Source: Octopus vulgaris
Taxonomy: Eukaryota
NCBI GenBank assembly: GCA_951406725.2
Contig: OX597832.1
Span: 34,038,001 to 34,102,000 of the forward strand
Reading direction: 5' to 3'
Length of the DNA: 64,000 nucleotides
Shown: positions 26,870 through 40,150 of the stretch, one piece after another
Layout: each line of letters opens with the position of its first letter
How positions within the stretch are numbered: position 1 is the first letter of the stretch
Position numbers and translations under genes: made by a program
The notes under the pieces: model-generated
Seen by the model: only the letters and a program-made list of their open reading frames with translations
What the model was told of the DNA's origin: nothing
Database searches by the model: none

Positions 26870-26945
26870 GAACTGTATTAAGGAAGTTACTAACTAGATA
26901 TGGGACACTCCACCCAAAAAGTAACACAACAGACTGTATGTACCA
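26870..26945 (+). mobile_element. Dong/R4 RT C-terminal fragment
   Basis: RKLLTRYGTLHPKSNT/RLYVP matches the R4 'HPK....RLY.P' motif; followed by (ATT)n. Confidence 0.7.
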
Positions 26946-26946
26946 A

Positions 26947-26999
<53 letters not shown>

Positions 27000-28181
27000 G
27001 GACTGTTTACTTGAGCGGGTTCTACAAGTGTCTCTCTGTTGATTATCTAAATGGTTAAAGAATGGCAGCATCTAGACAACATATACAAACTATTGATTAA
27101 CTCACTGTTAAATAGGTTTAGTAATCGAAGTATGTTTGATTGTCAAATATTCTTGGAAAATGCATCAGAAATTCCTCAACTGAATTTTCATACGTTGACA
27201 TCGTGACATATACTCCTCTATTCACATACAAAAGCAGATATTTTAATGTTTTCAGTATCATATGTGTAAATTACACGAAAGCAAGGAGAGTGGCTATTGT
27301 TACTGCCGTGTCAGTGTTGGCGAATACCAGATTGTATACTTTCTCTAACATGCTATAATGTTTCAGCATACAGGAAGTAAATTATGATGGAAATGATAAA
27401 TTGTATTTGGAAACACTTCAACGAACATTAAGGGTTGTAGTTACAAGAAATTACCAATTCCGATGCTTTGTTCAAAATTGCGAAAAGGAAATGAAATATG
27501 TTGCATTTCTCCGAGAAACAAAGACCTGACTTTCTGCTAAGTTAATGCAATGGATGTATATTCTAAAAGGGATAAGACTCTATTATAATTGTTAATTTAT
27601 CATAATTTAAAATCCATCGAAATATACATTTCTTAGGCTATCATACTGACATTCTGAATTTATAGAGACGATGAGGATGTTTTTATAGGTATTTACAGTA
27701 AGTTATTTATATGTTTTATTGAGAGATTATTGGAATGTATATGTATAGAGTGTATTTATACAGCTTTAACGAGTGCCAAACAAATATTTTGGGATTTAGC
27801 GAATAATAACTGCATACATATACCTATCGTATTCTTTGATGAGCAAAATGGCGTCAAATGTAGAGCCCATTGTGTATATGGAACTGCACTAAACAAACAC
27901 GATTGCCAAAACAAGATGTGCTTGATCCCGTGGTATAATCCACTTTCTCCGTAAAAAAGACCCTTCAAATATCGTCAGGATAATCCCAAACTTTATTAAT
28001 GAACATATTACAGGGACAATACAATCGTTAATGGAAATAATGTAAAAGTAAGCTATAATATCATCAAAATTCCGCAGCATCCATGGATGTTTCTTTTCCT
28101 GTACGATCACAAAATTATCATTATTATTTTTATTATTATTATTAATAGTAGTAGTAATATATGTGCGTGTGCGTGTGTAAA

Positions 28182-28500
28182 GGTGCATGGCTCAGTGGTT
28201 AGAGTGTTGGGCTCACAATCATGAGGTTGTGAGTTCGATTCCCGGACTGGCTGGCTATTGTGTTGTGAAGCAAGACACTTTAGTTCACGTTGCTCAAGTT
28301 CTCTCTGTTGTAGGAATGAATTGCGAAGTCAAAGGTTCCAAGCTGTATCAGCCCCTTTGCCTTTCCCTTGGGTAACACTGGTGGCATGGAGAGCCAGGAA
28401 GGTAGTATGAATGGTTGACTGGTGGTCTTCCATTAACAACGTTTCCTGGATTTGTGCTTCGGTGGGAAACTTTCAACCCATGGCCATTCAGGGGCTTTAA
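28182..28500 (+). mobile_element. tRNA-derived SINE family 3
   Basis: A-box TGGCTCAGTGG and B-box GAGTTCGATTCC. The 3' part is repeated at 38960-39232. Confidence 0.85.
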
Positions 28501-28582
28501 CATTATATACATATATATACCTATAACTATACATATATACAAGGAGATATACATGTATATACATAGACATACACACAAACCA

Positions 28583-28619
<37 letters not shown>

Positions 28620-28639
<20 letters not shown>

Positions 28640-29655
28640 AAACTGAGAATGTGTGTCTGTCTGTCTGTGTTTCCCTAAAACTTGAGAACTACACAACCAA
28701 TTTCATTCAAATTTTACACATGCCTTACTTAGGGGCTATGTAGTTTCATGGGCAAAAAAATGTTCAGCTTCTTGCCCAGAGTGAGCCCATAGGAATATAT
28801 CATATCTTCTCCAATATTTCAGTATTACGTGTTAAAAGTGAAAGAAAAATATTTCTCTATTTTATGTCAGATGCTTTCACTTTAACAATAAAAATAATAA
28901 TAACAATTGAATTATATGTAGTAAGTAATAATTAAAATCAAACTAAAGTATAATATAATCGTAACATAACAAAAGTAAAAATAGCAATTGGTATAAAATT
29001 GCATCAATGACTTGAACTTGAATAAGTGGTTTCACATGAATGGGAATAAATTAAAAATAAAATTAGCGTTCAGGAATGGAATAGTTCAGATGGATAATAA
29101 AAAATTGAATTAAAGAAAAGACTATTGTCTATAAATTATACAATGTAGAGAAAAAAGAAGATCTGAACACCTGGAGGAAAGCACCATCGAAAAGTGTCTT
29201 GGTGCGACTATGAAAGATATCTAACCAGAAGCGGTAAATTCGCCACAATAGAAGCAAGGTTCGAGTCAACGGAGCGTGCAAGGGAGTACTCGACTCGAAC
29301 TTGCAAAGTGGAAATATTTTATTTTTACCTTTATGTCTGGGACGTAGGACGTGCCGGATAAAAAATTAAAATGTCCCCCTCACCCAGAAGTTGAGGTAGG
29401 CTGGATTGTAGCCACACTTCTAGACAAGAGGGAGGACAAGATACAATTGATCGAAATTTCAAGAGACGGTCTTACAATTCCAGTCTGTTATATATTTTGA
29501 GTATTGTTATCACTAGCGATATCAAGATATCTTTGTATTTTGTATTTTATGTGTAGATGTATATATATAGATGTACATGTAATATGTACACATAAATATA
29601 CACATATATACATGCACTAGCTCTATGACCCGGCAACGACGGGTCATAATGCTAG
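28620..29655 (+). mobile_element. Non-autonomous Helitron
   Basis: 3' GC hairpin ATGACCCG-GCAACGA-CGGGTCAT followed by CTAG (29652-29655) then T. The 5' region has (GTCT)n and a typical 'CCAATTTCATTCAAATTTT' motif. The 5' TC is obscured by (TA)n. Confidence 0.75.
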
Positions 29656-29671
29656 TATATATATATATATA

Positions 29672-29947
29672 ATCAAGAAGCGATGCAGTACGACTGTTTC
29701 AAGCGGCTCCAATTCATTGAACAATGCAATCATTACATCAATTTAAATACAGGACTATCGTCAGCTCCACAAATGGTTTTAATCAGTCGGACACATTAAT
29801 ATAATTTTACTCATTAATGTGTCCAACTGATTAAAATTCTACCTATTTGTGCAGCTGGTGATAGTCCTGCATTTAAATTGATGTAATGATTGCATTGTTC
29901 AATTATATGGAGCCGCTTGAAACGGTCGTACTGCATCACTTCTTGAT
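29672..29947. mobile_element. Palindromic element with one hammerhead-like motif per arm
   Basis: About 130-bp arms with a 12-bp spacer (29801-29812). + arm: TGCAG-CTGGTGA...GAAAC-GGTC-GTA-CTGCA. - arm: CTGACGA...GAAAC-AGTC-GTA-CTGCA. Confidence 0.8.
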
Positions 29948-30451
29948 AGCTTGTTGCTTAATTTCCATTTATTCACCTTACTTCGAGCTGTGCGGACAAT
30001 ACCGAGCTGATTTGGTGCTTCAAATTAAGTACCTAATTCAACTGAATCTATCTATCTATCGCACAATGTCTGACACGTGCAAATCTTTCCTTAAAAATTC
30101 TAATATACTTGTGCGCGTGCAAGTGTGCGTGTGTGCGCGTGTCTGTTATTCCGTGTCGACACCGTTATCGTGATGACAAGTTAAGTTTCCATTTTGCTTC
30201 TCTAAATTTGCTATTCGCATGGTAAAAATGCATTTATTTGTGCCATGCAGTAATCAAGAGGTTCCATTGCTACCTCACAGAACGCGTTTACATAAATTTA
30301 ATAAACAGATTCTTCAATGTATATTTTAATTACAACAAATGGTGTATTTAATTCCAAATTGTGTGTTTAATTATTCGTTTTTGAAATTAAAAGAAATCAA
30401 TAAAATATGTCGCCTGAAGGATATACATTCATACACACAACACACACATTC

Positions 30452-30488
<37 letters not shown>

Positions 30489-30884
30489 TTCCATCGTCTT
30501 GCCTTAAAAACCCTTATCGTTTGTTTTTACTGTGTTATTCTCCTTGTCCTGTCTTTTACTGTTTTTATTTGTATTGCTTTTACTGTCTTGTTTTGTTTTT
30601 ACTGTCCTGTTCTTGTCACCATTTTTATCCCTCCGCAAAAAATCCCAAATTTTATTTAATTTGCTTTGCGGGAAGGATTGTTTCAACGAAGTCGCGTCTT
30701 GTCCTTACCTTCGATGCGCAGAGTAGATAAAACAGGAGACAACTAAAGAAGGAGAATGTTCCTTGTGTTGTATGTCTTGTACTCTGTCATTTCGTTGTTT
30801 GAAAAAGTCCGTTTCCATGTTTTTGTTTTTATGCTTTCGTTTCTCATTGTGTTCTACGTTTTTTTGGTGTCCTGCAGCCATATA

Positions 30885-30942
<58 letters not shown>

Positions 30943-31759
30943 CATATACATATATGTATGTATGTATGCATATGTTTTATTTATTAATTTATTATTATAT
31001 ATATATATATATATGTGTATATACGTCTTCAAGCTACGCCTATTAAAACTATGCAAAAACTACCACCACCACCACTAATGGTACTACTCCTTCTACTACT
31101 GCTAGAGACGCAACCATCATGACTTCATCACCTAGTACTAGTACCACAACCACCACTACTACTACTACGCAAAACTATTGCCAGAGGCTCAATTTCTCTG
31201 TTAGCAACTCCAATACAAATACAACCATCACCGATCACCTACCAAAATTAACGCAGCCACAATCTCCACTACTGTGCCAATGACACAACAGTCAACGCCT
31301 GTCACTACCACCACTACCCCCCTCAGTGCCATTCATACCAGAATGACAACCAGCACCACCACCACTAACGTCACCAACACCATCATCATCAATATCACTA
31401 TTTTCAAATGTTATCGGTGGCTATTGTTGTACATCAGAATTGGTCACAGATGGTGTTAAGTGCCGACTGATGCTTCAAGTTTTCCTAAGTGAATATCAAT
31501 ATAGGAACTTCGATTTTGGGCGGCCTCTCTTATAATTCAGTGTTAACAGCATTCCTTTATTGTAATATATAATGCATATACAAACACTTTTAAGTGTACA
31601 TATGCGTGTGTGCGTGTGAATATATGTATATATAAATATATACACATACAAATACAATACACACACATATTTATATATACATATATTCACACACATATTG
31701 ACAGATAGATAGATAGATGTTTCGATGCACACATATATAACTTTCTCTGTGTATTATGC

Positions 31760-31792
<33 letters not shown>

Positions 31793-33496
31793 TTCACGCA
31801 TGTACAATGACATTATTTTGTGTGACAAAATAGTGTCATATATTGCTAATGCTCTGTGTATCCTAGCGTCGCGAATTGTGTGTGTTGTTAGGTTAATATT
31901 TGACAGAAAGAATAAATGTTTAAAAGTTGAATTGATGAAGAATGGTTTTGGAAATGTAGAAATCAATATATCTAAGTGAGAATTAGGATATATCGAATAT
32001 TGCCAACCAATAATGAATATTTCTTGTGCGTATATCTAAATATATACACACGTAAGAAAAATTCATTATTGGTCAATTATATTGGATATGATTTAATTCT
32101 CACTTGTGTCCTGGGGACGTTTTTAAATGCATCCAGGAGAGACAATCTGGTTCGGAAGTTCCAGAGAGACGAAGAGGGTGGAGCCACTATTTTTTCCAGT
32201 TCTACACTGGAGAATAATAAAAAATGGGCAACAGGTTTGTCTGACGTAATTTTTCTTGCCCATGTGTAGCATACATGATCAAGACAAACCGTATATTAAA
32301 CATAACGTTACCAGTGGCAACAAAATGAAGGACTTAAGTTCGTTTAGTCAGCCATATTGAACGTGTTAATACTTTGAGTAAGTTTCAACGAGACTTCACT
32401 AAGATTTAAATCAAAACACAATCCTTGTTTAATGAAAAATGTCTCGACAAACAACAATACGGTGTGGAGAGGGGGTAATCGTTTCGTCTGGGAAAAAGAA
32501 AATAAAGAAGAAGAAGAACTAGTGGGAGAGAAGGAGGGGAGGGAAGGGGAGTAGGAGGCTTGTGAGGTGGAGAGTATATAAAAAAAGATGATGGTGAGGA
32601 AAATATTCGTGACGATGAAGTCAACGACTGCAAAAGACAACGATGATGATGACGATGACGGTGGCAGATATTATGGTGGTTATGATGAGAAAGAGGAGGA
32701 AGAGGGTGAAAAAAAGGAGGAGGATAACATCTATAATGACATGGATGTCGACAGCGACGATAATGATGCTGATGATGTTGTGATGATAGTGATGTGGATA
32801 ATGATGATAAAAAGGACGACGTAGACGCAGACGACGATGAAAATGATGATTATGATAATCAACATCACCATCATAACGTTGATGTTGTTGGTGGCGGGGT
32901 TAGTGACTTTTTATGATGATACCCAGCAAGGACATCATCATCATCATCATCATATCTAAGCTAAGGATTTTTATAAACTTTCATTATTATGCAGAATATC
33001 AAGCGACGGCGTCTTCAGTTCAGAGACAGAAGTGAAACTGGATTAAAAAAAGAAACAAAATGTTAGTTTATAATAACATATGACGTTGTTCTTCTTTTTT
33101 TAATTTTTTTTTTTTTTTTTGTAGTCAAAAGAAAATGTATTTTGATGACAGGTGTGCTCTACCGGCTGATATAGGTTGTTCTTAGTGTTGTTGTTGTTTA
33201 GCCTGTCAACCAGCATACTGAGGGAAATATTTGTAGTTTGGTGTGTGTATACATGCATATTATCTTATATTCTTTGACACGTTTCAGTCATTTGACTAAG
33301 ACCATGTTGGAGCATCACCTCAAAGGGGTTTGGTCGAAGAAATCGACCGCAGAGCTTACTCGTCGTAAGCTTATGTCTTACTATATCGGACACTTTGGCT
33401 GAACCGCTAGAGTTACAGGGACATAAACACACCAACATTAGTTGTCAAGCAATGGTGGGGTGAGAAGCACACATAAAGATACACACAACAAACACA

Positions 33497-33546
<50 letters not shown>

Positions 33547-33558
33547 CCTACATACACA

Positions 33559-33727
33559 CAAAGCCGTCTTAAAGCCCGGGTACAGAGAGCAGCCGCCCAG
33601 GGCCTCACAGGTTTGCGCTCCTAATTCTGATCTGTGTTTGTTGTTGCTTGCTGTCACTAAATATTATATGGCCCAGCGCAGTGATTTGTCCAGAGACCTA
33701 AAGCTAAACGCTTCTACTTCGGCCCTG
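33559..33727. mobile_element. hAT-type MITE
   Basis: TIR CAAAGCCG/CGGCCCTG (CAGGGCCG-type) flanked by a near-perfect 8-bp TSD, CATACACA/CATACATA. Confidence 0.65.
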
Positions 33728-34549
33728 CATACATATGTGTGAGTATGGGTTGATACCAGTGGAAGTAAGTTTAAGTCTGTACCGCCCTATGGATATGTAT
33801 GTGTCTCTATAGACATATACGTATATCCCCCAAAATATACTTGCTCATTCTAACAACACATTCAAATGATTTGTGTGTGTGTGTGTATGTGTGTGTGTAT
33901 GTGTCTGTGTGTGTGTGTGTGTGTGTGTTTCAAGGATCTCGACAAAATTGCATGATTTTAATTACACAGTAATAACCATATCCTTTCTTATATTTACCAT
34001 TTTGAATCTTCATCAAATTCTTCCTTCCTGCAATAATATATCTCTCAGTGTTTCTCAAGAAAGACCGAAAGTTATATTGTTCAAGAAATTCAAAAAAAAA
34101 GATGGATTGTTGTAAATTTTGAAATATTTCTCTGTTTCTCACTATGTTCATTATTTTTGTTTATATTACTATCAATCTTCTTTTATTTGTTTTATACTTG
34201 TAAATTTGCCGTTGTTGTATTTGTCGTTGTTGTTGTTGATGATGATGATATTGAGTTCTTTGTATTTGTTTGATTTCGCTTTATTTTTCGTTTGTTTCTT
34301 ATTTGCTTTTACCGTTTTGTTTTGTTCTTTTCCAAGAGAATATTGCATAAAGAATTTAGTCTGAAAATGATATTGTAGAAAATACCTCAAGTGCAGATTT
34401 TTAAAAATCAATAGAATTATTCAGTTTAATCCTCTTAGAAATGAAAAATCAATATGCTACATGGAAATCTTGGAGAATATCTCTGTGATAGAAATTGGAA
34501 GAAATAGCGATATATACATATATATGTAGAAAGAGGAAGTTCTATGAAT

Positions 34550-34586
<37 letters not shown>

Positions 34587-34761
34587 GGAGGAAGAGAGCA
34601 AAAGAAAGATAGTGACAGATGTAGATGCGAAAACAGAAAAACCAACGTATGTATATATGTGTGTGTATACATACATACATACACGTGTGTGTATTGATAT
34701 AGATATACGGATATACATCTATATAGGCTTGTGTGTGCATGTGCACATATGCACACACTCA

Positions 34762-34806
<45 letters not shown>

Positions 34807-35271
34807 GTGTGTGTGTGTGTGTGTGTGTAGAACGATTGAAATAAAGAAAGTGAAAGACAGGAGAGAGAGAACAGAAAAACTGACGAGTAGAATGGCGAAA
34901 TATGGACAATGAAAAGAAGGGATAAACATGTAAAATAGGAGAAAAAGAGAAATGAGGGGGAGATAAAGAGATAGAGGAAAGAATTAGAAGAGAGGGATGT
35001 GTGTGTGTGTGTGCGTATTTGGGTGGAGGTTGTAGATGCAGCATGTGTGTTGTGTGTATGCATAAAGATATATATATATATACATTCGTAGATAGATAGA
35101 TATGCGCTTATACACATAGAGAGGGAAGCGAGAGGAAATGGAATGAGAAAAAGTGATAGACACAAAGAGGAGAGAGTGGGAGAGAGTGAGAGAGAATGGT
35201 TAAAAGAGAAACAGACATTGTTGTTATTAGCACTGATAAAACAAATCGTAGATGTTTTTACAATTATTATT

Positions 35272-35630
35272 GAGTTCAAATTCGAGCGAGGTCGGCTTTG
35301 CATTGCTTCTATTCGGGGTCGATAAAATAAGTGCCAGCGGAGCAGTGGGCTCGAAGTAATCAATTGGCCCCACCCCACGAACTTGCAAGCCTTATACCAT
35401 AGTTTGAAATCATTATTAGTGTTGTGAACGGGCAGAATATTTAGCTTGCCGGATTAAATGCTTAGCGGAATGTCATCCCTCTTTATGTTTTGAGTTCAAA
35501 TTCCGCCGAGGTCGACTTTCCCTTTCATCCTTACGCGGTCGATAAAATGAGTACCAGTTGAGCACTGGGGTCGATGTAATCCTTTTACCCCCTCCCCGAA
35601 ATTACTGGCCTCGTGCCAAAAATTTGATGA
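35272..35630 (+). mobile_element. Two tandem SINE family 2 copies
   Basis: Two GAGTTCAAATTC..CGAGGTCG.CTTT..GGTCGATAAAAT.AGT units. Confidence 0.8.
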
Positions 35631-36000
35631 ATTATTAATGTGTTGTTGCTGTTGTTCTTCTTCATAGAGATAGAATTGTTGTAGTTCTTGTTCTTCACGT
35701 TACTGTTGATGCTGATGTTGCTACAATTGTTTTGTTGTAGTTGTTTTCCTCATTTTGATTTCTGATTCGTTCAGTTTTGAATTTTAAGTAGTAGTGGTGG
35801 TGGTGGTGGTAGTAGTAGTAGTTACAGTTGTAGCTTTCTCCTTCCTCTTCTTTTTCTTATCTTCCTTTTCTATTTATTCTCCTCTTTCTACTCCTCTCCT
35901 TTTCCTTCTGCGTCTCCATATTAGTAGTAGTAAGAGGAACAGAACTATTATACTTTTTCTTTTGATTTTTCTTCTTCATTATATTATTATCGTCATTATC

Positions 36001-36031
<31 letters not shown>

Positions 36032-36474
36032 TTAGTGGTGGTAAAAGTAGTAGTAGTGTTAGTGGTGGTGGTGGTGGTAGTAGTAGTAGTGGTGGTGGTG
36101 GTGGTGGTGGTAGCATTCTTTTTCTTCTTCTTCTTCTTGCTGCTGTTGACTTTGCTGTTGATATTTTTGTTCTGGTTATTGTTGTTGCTGCTGTTGTTTT
36201 TCATTTCATCTCCGCCATTACCGTTGTTATTCCACACACACTTTCTTATCAATAAACTCAAACAAAAATCTACGCAAATCAAATTAAATATTTTAATTAT
36301 TTCGCTAACAATGTACAAGACTACATACATACTCTCAACAGCACACACACACACAAACACACACAGACGTATGTACGGGTATACACAAATCAATGTGCAC
36401 AGACACACGTACACACACATACATATATAGTGAGCCAAACAGACAAACACGGACAGACACACACTCTGCCAAAC

Positions 36475-36528
<54 letters not shown>

Positions 36529-36658
36529 ATAGATAGATATACAACACAGAAGCATACTGCAATGTAAATATATATATGTGTGTGTGTGTGTGTGTGTATA
36601 CAACTAAATTTAAGGAGAAAGATATGTACACACATATAAACACACACACACACTCACA

Positions 36659-36707
<49 letters not shown>

Positions 36708-36812
36708 GCACACACATGTAAAGATAGGGGTGTGCGCACAAATATGTGAAGATATAATTTATAACAGATATATCGAGGTATTATCTGAATATATATATAT
36801 ATATAAACACAC

Positions 36813-36843
<31 letters not shown>

Positions 36844-36907
36844 TGTATGTATGTATGTATGTATGTATGTATGTATGTATGTATGTATGAATGCATGTAT
36901 GTATTTA

Positions 36908-37359
36908 TAGGGGTGGGTCAAATATAACCAAATATTTGTGGACAATTTTTTCCCGCTTTTTCAGGGTAAGTTACCCAGGATTTCTGTTCTGACGGTAACT
37001 CTGCGTTCGAAACAATATCAGCTTCTTACTTGCATCATGTGTGTGTGTGTGTGTGTGTTTATACGTATAGCCCGGATTTTACTTACTGCATTCTTTCAAC
37101 TTATGGATTTTTATTCTCCTACCTGGCAAGCGTGGCTGCCTGCCTACCGTGAAATATAAGACAATATTTTTTTCAGTTTATTGTACTTCGAAACAGATAA
37201 ACATCCACAACCTTCCGCCCCAATAAACTATTATTGTTCCTGAAAGATGTGTTTAGATTGCTTGAAGCTCACCTACTCCTTACACCTCAAACCTTGGATC
37301 TTATATTTATGTGTGTGTGTGTTTATTTTCGTTTTTCCACTCACTCGTATATATACTTG

Positions 37360-37396
<37 letters not shown>

Positions 37397-38322
37397 CGCA
37401 GGAGTGACTGTGTAGCTTCTCAACCACAGGGTTCCGGGTTCAGTCCCACTGCGTGGCAGATTAGGGAAGTGGCCTCTGCTATAGCCTCGGGACAACCAAA
37501 TCCCTGTCAGTGGATTTGGTAGACGGAAATAACTTCCTTAACTTTACAAATGAATGCATGAACTTTTGATACAAGACAAAGGACATAACACCACTACATC
37601 ACATATGGAAGATCCCATCTTTTAAATGGCAGTTAATTTCGGCTTCGTACGCTCGTGCTCTTTCCAAAACTTGCACCATAACGCCCTCAAGAGCTTCAGT
37701 CCCCCACTTTCTCTATTGATGTTCTTCTTCAGTTGCAGCATGGTGCCAGGTTTGTTGACGTAAACCCTCTCTTTCAGATATCCAAGAATGAGACCGTTTT
37801 GCGGCCGGCAATTCAAAGTAGACCGCATACATGGTTCCAACATGATGAGGCAACTGCTCATACCGCACGAGAAACAATGCAGTTGGTATTATAATGCTTT
37901 GGAGAGAGAATAATCTCTCGCTACGGGATATTATTCTCTCTCCTAGCCTTCACATTCCCCAGACTTGACTAGCTGGTATTTTTCTTGTGTGTATACCCGA
38001 AAGAAAGGATTTACTTAAAATCACCGGAGACCCTGGTGTAACTGAAGGAGAGCATCAATAGAGAACTCAGAAGTGGGGTCTGAAACTCTTGAGGGTGTTA
38101 TGGTGTAAGCATTGGAACGACCACGAGCGTGCGAAGCCGAAAATGGTTGTCATTTAACCGATGTCATTTTTCATGTGATGTGGTGGTATTGCACAATTTG
38201 ACTTTTGCATATTAATTTCAATTATGTTCTTTGTAAAATGCCAAAAGTTCATGCATTTATTTGTGAAGTTAAGGAAGTGATTAAAAATTGAAACCCATCA
38301 GTGATTTTTGGGACACCCTGTA
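36908..38322 (+). mobile_element. Tc1/mariner-superfamily remnant with inverted duplication of its 3' part and a SINE insertion
   Basis: HSPDLT..FFL.GYLKERVY...P.T...LK..I motif. TIR-like ends TAGGGGTGGGTCAAA and TTTGGGACACCCTGTA. 37531-37790 is the reverse complement of ~37990-38279. SINE head at 37395-37528. Confidence 0.75.
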
Positions 38323-38563
38323 TATGTATGTATGTATTTGTGTTTCTCCCCTACCACCCGATGTTCTCCCCACTTGAGAACCGATGTTGATGTGTTTGCG
38401 CCCCGTAACTTAGCGGTTTGGCAAAACAGACCCATAGAATAAGTACTAGGCTGACAAAGTATAAACCCTGGGGTCGGTTTCTTCCACCGATGGCGACGCT
38501 CCAGCATGACTGTAGTCAAGTGACTGAAACAAGTAAAAAATAAAGAATGAAAGAATGCGAATA

Positions 38564-38595
<32 letters not shown>

Positions 38596-38799
38596 AGTAA
38601 CCGCATGTGATTTTTGGCAAATTGTCCCTCCTTCGTCTTGGACTTCTCTGATTCTTCCTCTTTCCGAATAAGCACTATGTTCGAAACGTGAAATTTCTAC
38701 TCATTTTCTTCTCTAAGCGTCTTATTAATACGTTGCTCCTACCTCGTTCAAACGTTTGTTTGTTTTTCTTTTTAATTGTTTTTTTAATTGGCTAGTGAG

Positions 38800-38960
38800 A
38801 ATTTACAAAAAAAAGAGAAAAACGGGATGTGTAAACAACAAACAAATGTATCAGTTCAACGCTCGGGAAGTGAGAAAGTGTTTTACGTTTCCAGCCTACG
38901 CTCTTCGGCGAAAGGAAACACAGAAATAAACAGGGAGAGAATATATATATATATATATTA
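38800..38960 (-). mobile_element. Short HHR-bearing element, family A
   Basis: Homologous to 39590-39765 and 59590-59765; minus strand has CG.CGAAGAGCGTAGGCTGGAAACGTAAAA. Confidence 0.7.
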
Positions 38961-39589
38961 CAGGGCTGTGTGCTGTGTTCTTCAGCTAGATACTTAGTTT
39001 ATCTTGCTTCAGTTTACTCAGCTGTAGGAATGAGTTATGATGTCACTGGTGCCAAGCTGTATCGGTCTTTGCCTTTCCATTGCATAACATCGGTGGCGTG
39101 GGCATGGGAGGATCGTATGCAATGGGCGACTGCTGGTCTTCCATAAAGAACCTGTCCCGAACTTGTGCCTTGGGTAACTTTCTAGGCGCCATCCAATGCC
39201 CATCCATGACCGAAAGGGGTCTTTACACTTTGCCCTGTACATATATATCCACACACCACTACACCACATCGTGCCACACCACACACCACCACGCCACAAC
39301 ACATGCCACACATCACCACACCGCACTATCATATCACAGCACACCACCACGCCACACCATACCACTCACCACATCACACCACCCGCACACACAAGCACCG
39401 ACCACTTCCCAGCATCCACACCATCATCCGCACAGCTACACATGCACAAACCCACATGTCAAGGTCACCAGCACTTGTCCACTCGCGCACACGCGTACGT
39501 GCACATTCGTTTTGGGATCGCCACTAATTTATTATCCCCCCTTATTACCTCACCTGTCTGACCAGCTCTGTCCGGCCATTGACATGATT

Positions 39590-39765
39590 GACAGCTATCC
39601 ACTAAAGCTTTCTTTATTCTCTACCTTTTTTTCTCGCGTTCCCTTCTGTTGAGGTGCGTCGGCTCGAAACGTAAAAGACGTTCTTACCTTCCCGAGCGTT
39701 AAACTGACACACGTGTTTGTTGTTTACACACCTCTCTTCGTCTTTTGTTTTTGTAACTTCCAACT
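39590..39765 (+). mobile_element. Short HHR-bearing element, family A (CUGUNGA variant core)
   Basis: CCCTT-CTGTTGA-G-GTGC-GTCG-GCTC-GAAAC-GTA-AAAGA, then a GT-rich tail and (TA)n. Confidence 0.7.
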
Positions 39766-39804
39766 ATATATATATGTATGTATGTATATATATACACAAA
39801 GTAA

Positions 39805-39851
<47 letters not shown>

Positions 39852-39889
39852 CACATATATACACACACTCATACACGCATATATATACA

Positions 39890-39946
<57 letters not shown>

Positions 39947-39959
39947 GTGTGTGTGTATA

Positions 39960-40150
39960 GTTAATCCAAACATGAAAACACAACAACGCGAGGACGTGGA
40001 ACAAGTATAGTGTTATTGGACGCTCAGGAAAGGAAGGAAAGAAGGAGGACTCAATGTTTCGAGCGGAGCTCTTCGTCAGAAACAGGAAATGGAAAGATCC
40101 AAGGAAGGGAAGACGGAGGGGAAAAAATCGCCAACGATACACACATGGTC
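39960..40150 (-). mobile_element. Short HHR-bearing element, family B
   Basis: Reverse complement of 46945-47140; GTTT-CTGACGA-A-GAGC-TCC-GCTC-GAAAC-ATT. Confidence 0.8.

Noticed and set aside
28182-28255. tRNA gene
   Set aside because: A and B boxes are present, but the acceptor stem is broken and the sequence continues into a repeated SINE body.
30740-30785. ACAA-CTAAAGA-AGGAG..TTCC..GTC-TTGT in a (TA)n-flanked element (similar case at ~56275-56310 minus)
   Set aside because: The GAAA half-core or stem I is missing, so it cannot be called a ribozyme from these copies.
32100-32240. Possible + strand exon ending in CAG|GTTTGT
   Set aside because: Two frames are open, there is no clear acceptor and no recognisable homology.
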